64,000 nucleotides of DNA from an uncultured virus (IMG/VR IMGVR_UViG_3300012344_000022) (lineage: Duplodnaviria; Heunggongvirae; Uroviricota; Caudoviricetes): IMG/VR virus record IMGVR_UViG_3300012344_000022; one strand, 5' to 3'. This document shows positions 1-9,800 of the stretch, one piece after another. Made by a program: the position numbers and the translations under genes. Within the stretch, counting starts at the first letter, position 1, and every line of letters begins with the position of its first letter. The notes beneath the pieces were generated by a model, which ran no database searches, had not been told where the DNA came from, and was given only the letters and a program-made list of their open reading frames with translations.

Positions 1-581
1 CTTATACAACAGCAGGTTCATATACTGTTTATTATCAGGTAACTGCACCTAACCATAATACTGCTGAAGGAAGTTATACATTGACTATTACAAATAAGTC
101 AATTTCAATTCCTAATCCTACAAGCAAAAGTGGAGTTTATACAGGAAGTGAATATTCTGCTACATTTGGTGCAGCTACAGGTGCATCAATAACAAATTAT
201 AGATATTCAACAGATAATAAGACATGGACAGAAAGTAAGAATAATCCTTCAAGAAGTATAGTTGGTACTACATATGTTCAGGCATATTATTCTGCAAACA
301 CTAACTATACTGGAAGTGCATGGTCTGCAAGTGCAACAATTACGGTTACCAATGCAACCATCACAGTTTCCGCACCTAACCAGTCTTACACATACAATGG
401 TTCTGCACAGGGTAAGGCAATTTCAGTAACAACTGTAAATAGTCAAACTGCAACTATCAAGTATGGCACATCAAAGGGTTCATATACATCAACGACCGCA
501 CTTACTTATACAACAGCAGGTTCATATACTGTTTATTATCAGGTAACTGCACCTAACCATAATACTGCTGAAGGAAGTTAT
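1..581 (+). repeat. 77-bp exact direct repeat (1-77 = 505-581), with a shorter third copy at about 1359-1392
   Basis: cttatacaacagcagg...gaaggaagttat is identical at both sites. The 504-nt spacing is in frame. Confidence 0.9.
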
Positions 582-2195
582 GTGATTACAATAGGCAAGG
601 CAACTCCTTCATTTGAACTTCAAGGGCAGACTGTTGTATACCACAACACTGCATATATCAAGGCAAGAGCTGGTGTTGTGGGAACAATTTACTGGGGTGA
701 ATCAACAAGTTCAATGACTTCAAAGACAAGTGTTTCCACTGCAAGTTCGGATAGTTTCAACACTACAGTAACATCAAGAACTGCAATAGGAACAACTACA
801 GTATATGCATACTTTGTTCCTACTGATACAACAAATTATAATTCTGTAGGTAGTTCAAGTGCATATTCAAAATCAACTTCTGCAAAGGTTAATCAGGCAA
901 CAGATGCAAATATTGTTGTAACGGTTTCTGGCAATCATGTTTATAATGGATCTGCACAGATTCTTGCAACAAAGACATCTGGTGAAGGTGTTGCTCATTT
1001 TACACTGGGATATACCACATCTGCTTCAGCAACTGTTGATAATGTTACTTGGGGAACACAGGATGCAACCACGATTTCTGCTACTGTTCCGGGAACATAT
1101 TATATCTGGTATAAGTTTACACCTGATGGAAACCATAGTAATACTCAAACAGGAAAGAAACTTGATGCTACTTGTCAGATAACAGGTAATGCTGAAATTA
1201 CTGTTTCAGTTACAAATCCACAGAATTATACATATAATGGTTCTGCACATGGAACAGGTGTTTCTGCAACAACAAAGGGTGGACAGACTGTAACTATCAA
1301 GTATGGCACTGCAAGTGGAACATATACTACAACAACGGTTCCTACTTATGTAAATGCCGGTTCATATACTGTTTATTATCAGGTAACTGCACAGTACCAT
1401 GCAACAAAGACAGGAAATTATGTCATCAATATTGGTAAGGCCGATCAACCTATGACCATTTCTCCTGTATCAAAGACCATATACAATACTGTCGGTTATA
1501 ATACATTCAAGATTGTTCCTTCAGGAAATCAGGGTGTAGTTACATACTCAACAGGAAATGCAAACTATGCTACTGTAGGGACTGATGGTACTGTAACATA
1601 TGTGGGTGCAGGTACAGTTGTAATTACAGTAACAGCCGCAGGAAATGATAACTATAAGTCTGGTTCAAAGACCTGTACGGTAACTTGTGTTGTTGATACA
1701 AAGAAGACTTATGCAGACCTTACAGGTACAATTACATTTACACAGACAAGTCTGCTTCCTGCAAAGGGTCTTACTCTCACAGCATCAAATGTATCTTCTT
1801 ATGCAAAATACACATCAACTGCAAATCAGAAGATTACTTGGGTATCAGGAAATGTAACAAATGGAACAATCACATATTCTGCTTTTGTGGGAGACAATGT
1901 TTCAATACCTACACTTGGAAGTGATGCAACAACAACAACTACATCAAGGACTGTGAAATATACCATTACTGCCACTGGTGAAGGAGGAAAGACATTGTCA
2001 GGAACATTGACAAGTTTGAATCAAGAAATCAACAAACTTGAAAGTATAAGTCTTTCACTCACACCTTCAACAATCAAGTATGGTGGACTTTCAACTCCTG
2101 CTGTTGTTGCCACATATACATCAACTGCAACAAAGGATGTATCAGGTGATGCAAAATACACTTCAGGTACACCTATTGTTGCCGAGATACAGTAA
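1..2195 (+). CDS. 5'-truncated Thr/Ser-rich virion/surface protein with tandem Ig-like (MBG/Big_2-type) repeats
   Basis: The frame is open from the window start (YTTAGSYTVYYQVTAPNH... precedes the called TTG at 81). It has repeated units such as 'YTYNGSAQG...TIKYGT..G.Y...GSYTVYYQVTA' and a Big_2-like segment 'ATVGTDGTVTYVGAGTVVITVTAAG'. Confidence 0.75.
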   Translation, partial: YTTAGSYTVYYQVTAPNHNTAEGSYTLTITNKSISIPNPTSKSGVYTGSEYSATFGAATGASITNYRYSTDNKTWTESKNNPSRSIVGTTYVQAYYSANTNYTGSAWSASATITVTNATITVSAPNQSYTYNGSAQGKAISVTTVNSQTATIKYGTSKGSYTSTTALTYTTAGSYTVYYQVTAPNHNTAEGSYVITIGKATPSFELQGQTVVYHNTAYIKARAGVVGTIYWGESTSSMTSKTSVSTASSDSFNTTVTSRTAIGTTTVYAYFVPTDTTNYNSVGSSSAYSKSTSAKVNQATDANIVVTVSGNHVYNGSAQILATKTSGEGVAHFTLGYTTSASATVDNVTWGTQDATTISATVPGTYYIWYKFTPDGNHSNTQTGKKLDATCQITGNAEITVSVTNPQNYTYNGSAHGTGVSATTKGGQTVTIKYGTASGTYTTTTVPTYVNAGSYTVYYQVTAQYHATKTGNYVINIGKADQPMTISPVSKTIYNTVGYNTFKIVPSGNQGVVTYSTGNANYATVGTDGTVTYVGAGTVVITVTAAGNDNYKSGSKTCTVTCVVDTKKTYADLTGTITFTQTSLLPAKGLTLTASNVSSYAKYTSTANQKITWVSGNVTNGTITYSAFVGDNVSIPTLGSDATTTTTSRTVKYTITATGEGGKTLSGTLTSLNQEINKLESISLSLTPSTIKYGGLSTPAVVATYTSTATKDVSGDAKYTSGTPIVAEIQ

Positions 2196-2205
2196 TTTTA
2201 TATTC

Positions 2206-2254
2206 AAATCTGGGTTTTCATATTCCATATCAAATTGTATGGAAACCCAGATTT
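2206..2254 (+). terminator. Intergenic stem-loop (possible terminator or processing site)
   Basis: aaatctgggttt (2206-2217) pairs with aaacccagattt (2243-2254); an alternative inner pairing is ttccata/tatggaa. Confidence 0.5.
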
Positions 2255-2255
2255 T

Positions 2256-2274
2256 TATAAATAAACCATAAATA
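2256..2274 (+). promoter_or_regulatory. T4-like late promoter elements TATAAATA (2256) and CATAAATA (2267)
   Basis: Matches the T4 late consensus TATAAATA. The same 8-mer recurs upstream of many structural genes. Confidence 0.6.
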
Positions 2275-2298
2275 ATTATAATAAATGAAACAATAGAA

Positions 2299-3255
2299 AT
2301 GAGTTTGATAAAAGGTATCAAAGTAGGTACATCAAATATTACTGCTTCATTTACAGACAATGACACAAAGGATGACAGTAAGATTATCGAAGTTGTTGCT
2401 GTAAATTTGAAATCTATTGCTTCTCCGGATAATACTGTATATACAGGTCTTGAACAGAAACCAGAACCCAATGTCATAGCGACGGTTGGAACAGAAGATA
2501 AGATACTTGAAAAGGATGTTGACTATACACTATCATATAAGAACAATATAAATGTAGGAACAGCTACTGTAATTGCAACAGGTATAGGTAATTTTACTGG
2601 AACAGTGAATGCTAACTGGACTATAAATGGTGCAGACATAACTATTGACATATCTGATCAATCTTATGTATATGACGGAACAGTTCAGGGATATGGTCTT
2701 ACTGTGAGTACAGTAAATAATCAAGCACCTACAGTAAAATATGGAATAAAGGAAGGAACATATGATATTGATGAAGTACCCATGATTTCACATGTCTCCG
2801 ATTCCAAAATGATATATTATCAGGTTTCTGCTCCCAATCATAATACAGTCAGGGGTTCATACAGACTTGAAATGACACCAAGAACCGCGACACTTGTCTG
2901 GGGAACTCTTTCATGGATATATGATGGGAAACCACATAAGACAACTTGTGTAGTGGGAAATCTTATAGGTAATGATGTCTGTGATGTCAATCTTGAAGGA
3001 AATGACATAATTGATATAGGTTCATCCATTGTCAGGGTGATATCATTGACAAACACAGACTATACATTACCTTTGAACGGACTTGAACAGACACTTGTCA
3101 TAAAGGGTGGTCTGTTCATAAAGGACAATGGAATATGGATACCTGTCAAGGATGTATATAGGAAGACTTCATCTGGATGGACAAGGATACCTTATGAACA
3201 ACTTCAAATTGAACTTGCGAAGAATTCCGGAAAGTTTGTAAGAAAAATGACATAA
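2299..3255 (+). CDS. Ig-like (MBG-type) repeat virion protein
   Basis: Contains 'DYTLSYKNNINVGTATVIATGIGNFTGTV' and a 'SYVYDG...TVKYG...IYYQVSAPNH' unit homologous to the upstream gene. Confidence 0.7.
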   Translation: MSLIKGIKVGTSNITASFTDNDTKDDSKIIEVVAVNLKSIASPDNTVYTGLEQKPEPNVIATVGTEDKILEKDVDYTLSYKNNINVGTATVIATGIGNFTGTVNANWTINGADITIDISDQSYVYDGTVQGYGLTVSTVNNQAPTVKYGIKEGTYDIDEVPMISHVSDSKMIYYQVSAPNHNTVRGSYRLEMTPRTATLVWGTLSWIYDGKPHKTTCVVGNLIGNDVCDVNLEGNDIIDIGSSIVRVISLTNTDYTLPLNGLEQTLVIKGGLFIKDNGIWIPVKDVYRKTSSGWTRIPYEQLQIELAKNSGKFVRKMT

Positions 3256-3262
3256 ATAAGAT

Positions 3263-3709
3263 ATGCGGGTTGAATTCATACATAGACTTACAAAACCTGA
3301 ACTTCCTGATTCTGGAAGTTTCTACTGGATATATGGAAATGGAAATCAAATTTGGTTTGCTCCGGATAGAAATCCAGACAATATGATTCTTCTCAATGAT
3401 ACTTTTGAAGGACTTGAAGAAAGACTTGAAGAGTTTGAAGCAAGAATAGAGAAGACTGAAGGTGATATAGAAGTCATAAAGGTTGAACTTGACGGACTTG
3501 AAGAAAACCTGAAAAATGAGTTGAGGGAATTCATAGATGATTATCTCAAGAAAAATTTGAAGACTGTCAATGGAGAAGAACTTTATGGACCCGGAAACAT
3601 AGAGATAAAGACTGAAGTAGTAATAGATGATGAAACAAAGAATGAGATAATAGATCAGGTCAAGAAGGAGGTTGAGACAAGACCTCTTGAATGGACTGTG
3701 ATACAATAA
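3263..3709 (+). CDS. Small coiled-coil structural/fibre-associated protein
   Basis: Heptad-like acidic stretch; fibre-type motif 'LKTVNGEELYGPGNIEI'; CATAAATA at 3251. Confidence 0.6.
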   Translation: MRVEFIHRLTKPELPDSGSFYWIYGNGNQIWFAPDRNPDNMILLNDTFEGLEERLEEFEARIEKTEGDIEVIKVELDGLEENLKNELREFIDDYLKKNLKTVNGEELYGPGNIEIKTEVVIDDETKNEIIDQVKKEVETRPLEWTVIQ

Positions 3710-3753
3710 AACATAAATATATAAAATATACAAAAAAAAAAACAAATAAATTT

Positions 3754-5829
3754 ATGGCAGAGATTTTTAAAAATGAAAAGCCAACCACAGTAGGAGATCC
3801 TGCTGCACTTGAAACACCTAATTATATTTCGCAAATCAATGCAGGTGGGACGGTGTATGATATTGCCACACATCATGGCATTACATTCAAAAACGGAATG
3901 ACTGATACCACAGGAACTGTGTGGAATGGTATAACTGATCTTGAAGTAATTATTCCTACAGTTACTGACCTTGTGAAGACACCTATCCAGTTTGCTGGTA
4001 CGGTAGGTGAGGATGGGATAATCACATATAGGGAAGGTGTAAATAAAACTCCTGAAGCAGGTTATCTTGTATTCATCACTGCGGACTGCACATTCAATGA
4101 AATAGCTTGTGAAGCAGGTGATATGGCAGTATATGATGGTACAAAATGGAATGTAGTAACTGGTGAGAATCAGGTATCCATTGTAGGTGTGGGTAGTGAT
4201 AATGCTGCTAATGTGGTGCTTACTGCAGCAGCAAAGGATGTTCTTACTGTTGAAGGAAAGACACTCAAACTTTCAGTTGATTATACAGGTGTTGAAGATG
4301 TATTGACCATTACAAAGAATGGTGATGTTGTAAAACTCAATGCTGCTGATGGTAAGACTGAAGTTGCAGCTAAATACATCAAACTTACAAAGGCTGCTGA
4401 TGGAACAAAGACAATCGGTAAGTCTGAAAGTGCTAATATACCTACTGCACTCAAAAGTGGTGAAGTTACCATCAATGAAAATGTTCTTGTAAAAGGTGAT
4501 TTTGATTTCAATGCTGGTAGTCTTCCTACACTCAAGAAAAATGATACTGCTATTGTTGCATCTGTAAACAGTACACTTGCTGTAGGTAAGCAAAATGGTG
4601 CAGATGGGGCTGAAGGTGCATATGTTACATCTATTGATGGTGCAATCAAATCTGCTTCTCTTGTTGCATCCGATACTGCTGCTGATGCTGCTCTTACATT
4701 TGTAAAGAGCATTACTGCAAAGGAAGGTGCTGAATTTGTAAATGGAATTCATGTTGCAGCAAGTACAGAGGAAACTGATGGTGAAGGTGATATTGTAATT
4801 CCTGGAAAGGCTTCTTTGAAGGCTGATAAGAAAACATTTGTAACAGGTCTTGGTAATGAAGGAGATGCAGGTGCATTGGTTTCAAAGATTATAGTGGGTG
4901 ATGTTACAGTGGGTGAAGGTACAGATATCGTGACGGGACTTGGTGCAGCAAAAGAGGATGCATCTGGTGAAGTAATCACAAATGTAACTGTGGGAACTGC
5001 TGTTCAGGATACTGCTGCTCAATGGTTCTATTCTGGTCTTGGTGAAGCAAAAACAACAGATTTTGATGTTGTTTCAAGTGTTTCAGTAGGTGCTGTTTCT
5101 CTTGTTGCTGATACTGCAAATTCTTTTGCAAATGATGTTCTTGCCACAGCTAAAGTTGATAATCATATTCTTTCATTCGGAACAGTAAAAGCATCATCTC
5201 CTGTAAAAGTCCAGCAGGCAACATCTACAATAAATGGTAAGTCATTCACAAAGAGTGGTGTGAAACTTTCAGGATTTGCAGTTGCTTCTGCTGATCTTGC
5301 AAAGGGAGGTATTTCACAGGCAAAATCTACTATCAAATATAAGGATGTTGTAACTGGTGATGCTGAACTTACATATGCTGATGATGTAAAATACTATTTT
5401 GATAAGGCAAAGGGCAGCACATTTGAGGCAACGACAGGTTATGCAAAATTTAATACTGTAAATGCCACAATCAGTAAGAATACTCCTGTTTTGACTGGTG
5501 GTGTGACTGCATCAATTCCTACAGATAAGGTTGTAGTTGATTTTGCATCTGCCGGAGAACTTCCTTCATTTAATGTAGGTGATGCATCTGGTGCTCTTAC
5601 AGGTTCAGTTGGTACAGCATTGACAACTGAAACAAAGACTTGGATTGGTCTTAAAAGTGCAGACATTACTGTTGCAGGAGCATATACACTTGGTGAGTCT
5701 ACTGAAAAAACAGAAGATGCAATTGAGGTTGCAAAGGCTGGTTCTTATGATCTTACCGGTGCTCACTGTGATATTGATGCGGAGACATTTGTTACAGGTG
5801 TTACTGTTGGAGTGAAATCGAAATTATAA
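3754..5829 (+). CDS. Ala/Gly/Thr-rich tail-fibre-like structural protein
   Basis: Likely start is ATG 3754 after CATAAATA at 3712. The 'IQFAGTV...AGDMAVYDGTKW' module is shared with the gene at 62921-64000. Confidence 0.6.
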   Translation: MAEIFKNEKPTTVGDPAALETPNYISQINAGGTVYDIATHHGITFKNGMTDTTGTVWNGITDLEVIIPTVTDLVKTPIQFAGTVGEDGIITYREGVNKTPEAGYLVFITADCTFNEIACEAGDMAVYDGTKWNVVTGENQVSIVGVGSDNAANVVLTAAAKDVLTVEGKTLKLSVDYTGVEDVLTITKNGDVVKLNAADGKTEVAAKYIKLTKAADGTKTIGKSESANIPTALKSGEVTINENVLVKGDFDFNAGSLPTLKKNDTAIVASVNSTLAVGKQNGADGAEGAYVTSIDGAIKSASLVASDTAADAALTFVKSITAKEGAEFVNGIHVAASTEETDGEGDIVIPGKASLKADKKTFVTGLGNEGDAGALVSKIIVGDVTVGEGTDIVTGLGAAKEDASGEVITNVTVGTAVQDTAAQWFYSGLGEAKTTDFDVVSSVSVGAVSLVADTANSFANDVLATAKVDNHILSFGTVKASSPVKVQQATSTINGKSFTKSGVKLSGFAVASADLAKGGISQAKSTIKYKDVVTGDAELTYADDVKYYFDKAKGSTFEATTGYAKFNTVNATISKNTPVLTGGVTASIPTDKVVVDFASAGELPSFNVGDASGALTGSVGTALTTETKTWIGLKSADITVAGAYTLGESTEKTEDAIEVAKAGSYDLTGAHCDIDAETFVTGVTVGVKSKL

Positions 5830-5850
5830 TTGATTTTTTCAAATACTTGT

Positions 5851-5885
5851 GAAAAGGAGTTATATCAATAACTCCTTTTCTTTTT
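5851..5885 (+). terminator. Intrinsic terminator hairpin
   Basis: gaaaaggagttat-atca-ataactccttttc followed by a T tract. Confidence 0.8.
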
Positions 5886-5902
5886 ATTTCCATAAATAAG
5901 TT

Positions 5903-6895
5903 ATGGCAGAGAACACTGAAAATAAAGATTCCATAGGGTTTTATAAGGTCTTGAATCCTGATAAACTGAATGATACAAAAACAGAGTATCCTAATTCCTT
6001 TATTCATTTTCATAATGAAGGAAAGGAAGACAACCTGTATATAGGTGATTGCAGGATAACGGACAATTTCAATATAAGAAATGTTCCGGATAAGGTGAAT
6101 ACCATGCAAGTGGGAGGACTTGACCCTACCACGATAGGTGCATTGAAAGACAAATCCTTGAGTGAGATTGTCATGCAGATGATTTGCCCGAGAACACCAC
6201 CTGAACCAATATCAGAACCAAGTATGACAATATCATATTCCGGAAACAGACTTGTCAAGGTAGGTTCAAACTTACCTGCAAAAGAAGACATAATCATTAC
6301 TTGTGATAAAGGCAAATGGTCTGATGGAACAGACTATGCCGGAGAACCATCAAATACTGATATTTCAATGTCTTCTGGCAAATGGGGAGAAACAAGTGAT
6401 GAAGGAAATTATGTAATTTCAGGTTCGACTATTTTCGGTGCAGGACCAAAACCCAAGGACAGTTATGGTGAAAAATATGATGATAACTACACAGGTGGAA
6501 CAGTTATTTCAAATGAAATAAAGATAACATCTGTTTATCCCATTTATGCAACAACTTATTTTGGCACTGATGATAAAGGTGATATAAGTAAACTCATTGA
6601 ACAACCATTACAAGATTATGTAAATAATGAAGATGTATCATTTGAAATAACTGTTCCACCAGAAGAAGATGGAAATCTCAACAAGTTCAAGATATATCTT
6701 CCTTTTGAAAAAAAACCCACTGTGAAACAATATAATCCTGTGAGTGGGAAATATGATATAGAGATTGAAATGATATATGATAAGAAGATAAAAATAACTG
6801 ATTATCCAGATTATTTATATCATTGTTATATAAGGACAAAAGATGAATATGATACAAAGGGTCCTACACAATATGAAATAAATTTGACAAGATAA
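5903..6895 (+). CDS. Hypothetical structural protein
   Basis: 330-aa ORF; CATAAATA at 5891; lies within the structural cluster. Confidence 0.6.
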   Translation: MAENTENKDSIGFYKVLNPDKLNDTKTEYPNSFIHFHNEGKEDNLYIGDCRITDNFNIRNVPDKVNTMQVGGLDPTTIGALKDKSLSEIVMQMICPRTPPEPISEPSMTISYSGNRLVKVGSNLPAKEDIIITCDKGKWSDGTDYAGEPSNTDISMSSGKWGETSDEGNYVISGSTIFGAGPKPKDSYGEKYDDNYTGGTVISNEIKITSVYPIYATTYFGTDDKGDISKLIEQPLQDYVNNEDVSFEITVPPEEDGNLNKFKIYLPFEKKPTVKQYNPVSGKYDIEIEMIYDKKIKITDYPDYLYHCYIRTKDEYDTKGPTQYEINLTR

Positions 6896-6897
6896 AT

Positions 6898-9800
6898 ATG
6901 TCTCAAACATATAAAGGTTCAATAAATTTTCCAAGCAATTTTGATGTCCAGACGACTGCGCCTCTGGATAATAGAATTGTTGTAGATAGTAAGGAAGACT
7001 TGATAAATGGTTCAATAAAGTTTCCTTATCAGGGTCTTGTTGTCAACATTAAGAGAACATCTGAACTCTGGATATTGCAGACACAGGGAATTGACAAGTC
7101 CAAAGACATAAACAACTGGAAACTTGTTACAGGAACCGGTTCAGATTCAAAAGGTCTTTCAAAGTATTCCATACCGGTGATGACAGAAAAGATGGCAGAA
7201 GATGCCACAAATGATCCAGATGTTGATTTTGATGGTTCAGAAGACCCGTATATCATCACTGATTATGATGGTGATTCATTGTCAGGTGAGACAACTACAA
7301 ATACCATAACTTCCATCAATGGAACTTATCTGGACATTATGATGAAAGCAATCCGTTCTCTTCAGGCCGAAGTTGCAAGACTGAAGAATTCATTTGAGTA
7401 TGGTATTGATTCATATAAGGATGAACATACAGCAAAGTCAAAACAACTTGAAGATTATAGGGATGTAAAGACTGATGAACCATTATGGGCAATTGATCCT
7501 GGATATTTGTCTGAAGTTTCAGATAGTATCACATTCAATACATATCTTGACAAAAATCATAGTTTTGTCAAATATGGAGCTGGGGACATTGATGTGAGTG
7601 TTGATGGTCAGTTGACATTCAAAGACTGTTCTGGAGAATTCCATGATGGTGTGAAGAGTGAGTCTGGTGAATATGATAGTTTTACATTATACAATCTTAC
7701 GGATTCAAAACTTATAACATATCTTATAACAGACCAACCATATATAAGGTTCAATCTTGTGTCTCTTGATGACAAAACCATTACAAAATCATTTGATTTC
7801 AAATCTTTGATGCAAGGAAATTATCTGAGTCGATATGGTATATGTATGGTGATAAGCAGGAAGGTTGATACAAAATCAAAAGATGAGTCTGAAAGGTGGA
7901 AAGGTTTCAACTATATATATTTCTCGATAATAAATTATGATACAGATGAGAAGATATATGAAGGATATTTGAATAATTATGATATCTTGCAGGATGAGAG
8001 ATATGATATGGATGCAAGATATTCCATTTCTTCCATAAGGTTCGGTGATACTTCCGATAAGGAATATACCACTATGACTCTTTATAGGATGAAATACTAT
8101 ACAAAGTTTGAGGATTTCAAGGATGAGGTGATTTCTTCAGCTCCCAGTGAGGATGACTGGAAATATGGTGTGTCTCATATAACCATAAGGTCTGTGGAGG
8201 ACAAGACAATACTTGACAGAATAACTGATCAGCTCAAGGAAGATGAACTTGTGTGGGACAAGAAGAACAAGACGCTTTATATAAAATCAAATGGAAAGAT
8301 GTGCGTCATCGGTTCAAACAAGAATTCTGGTGATAATGACAATAATGATGATAATATGACAAATAAGGAAATTATAGATGCTCTTACCAAGATGGGTATC
8401 GTCATAAATGTAAAATACAAGAAGGATGACAATGGTGATGATACCGATGTCATAGAGTCTGTCAGTGATATGTCTCTGGCACCTATATCGGATTTCACTT
8501 TTGTCAATAATGACACAGGAAAGAAATTTACATTTACTGTTGATAATGAAGGTAATCTTGTTGGAAAGGACAAGTCTGCACAGACTATTGATGAGTTTAT
8601 GAAATCAATCGGTTCATCTGCTGGTAAATATGATGTCGAGAATTATCAGGCAGTCCGTGGATTTTCATCTGATTTTCTTTACAGAAAAGGTGGTGAATAT
8701 ACTACAAAGAATGGTGTAAACTATGAGAAAGATGCAGGAAAGAAATCAGACAGATTGAGATTTTCTTCATTTTATGCTCCATTGCAGACAGATACAGTTC
8801 ATGGATGCACACACTCTTTTGTGGAACTTGAAAACACATCGGATGTTGATATTCCTTTGACAGGAGTATATCTTCATTTTTATAATCCAGCTGCTGATGA
8901 CTATAAGGGTAAGGTATATCATCTTGAACTTGACGGTGTGATAAAGGCTGGAGGAACATATCTTGTCAGGGGGGCAAAACATGCAGAATATGATGATGCA
9001 TCCGCTTTTATCAAGGTGAGAACTTATGACAAGGAATGGTATGAAGATGGAAAACTTCTTTCGTTTGAGCAGGAAGTTGTGAAGACGACCGGAGGTACAA
9101 GTCCCAGTGTGGCAGGAGACAGTAAGGTAAAATCAGCATACAGGTTCTGTCTTACATATGGATTACCTGATTTGAAGGAGGATACCGTACTGGTAAAGAA
9201 GAATTCCACAGGTGTAGAGATTGATGGATCTACATATGCAAAGGGAGATTTTCCTTGGATTATTACAAGCCCTAGGTTTATTGATTCTTGTTCATTTTCA
9301 AGTTTTGCTTCTGTTGCTGCAAAGGTTGAAGCCGAAAACCCTTGGTATGCAAATGGTGCTGGTGGTATAGGTATCACAATCACCCCGAACACAATGTTCA
9401 GACTGATGTTTGCTCTTGATCCTGCAAAGCAGGCATACAACGGGTTCAATGCAAAGGATGGATCAAGGACAAGATACAACAAGGCAACAGATATCCAGAT
9501 ACTGAATCTTGACAAGGAATTCATAGGATATCCGAAGAGTAATGAAATCATAAAAATAAGCAGGTTCACGCCGAAGGCATCTTATGAGAACAGGAACGTG
9601 ATGACCGATAAGACACAGCTTGACAGTGAGAAACCAAACATGGTTACTTGTTCTTTCGGTATTGATGTGTATAATACAAGATGTTTCAACTGGATTTCAT
9701 GTGGTGTCTTTGATGAATATGTATGGATAAGAAAGAAAGGTGAGACAAACTGGTCAAGATTTCAGTCTTATATAAAAGTAGATGAAGATAAAGTTGAGGA

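Noticed and set aside
2190..2300. T4 gene 60-style ribosomal bypass joining the two Ig genes
   Set aside because: The matching CAG at 2248 is in the downstream frame but is followed by TAA at 2269 before the second ORF.
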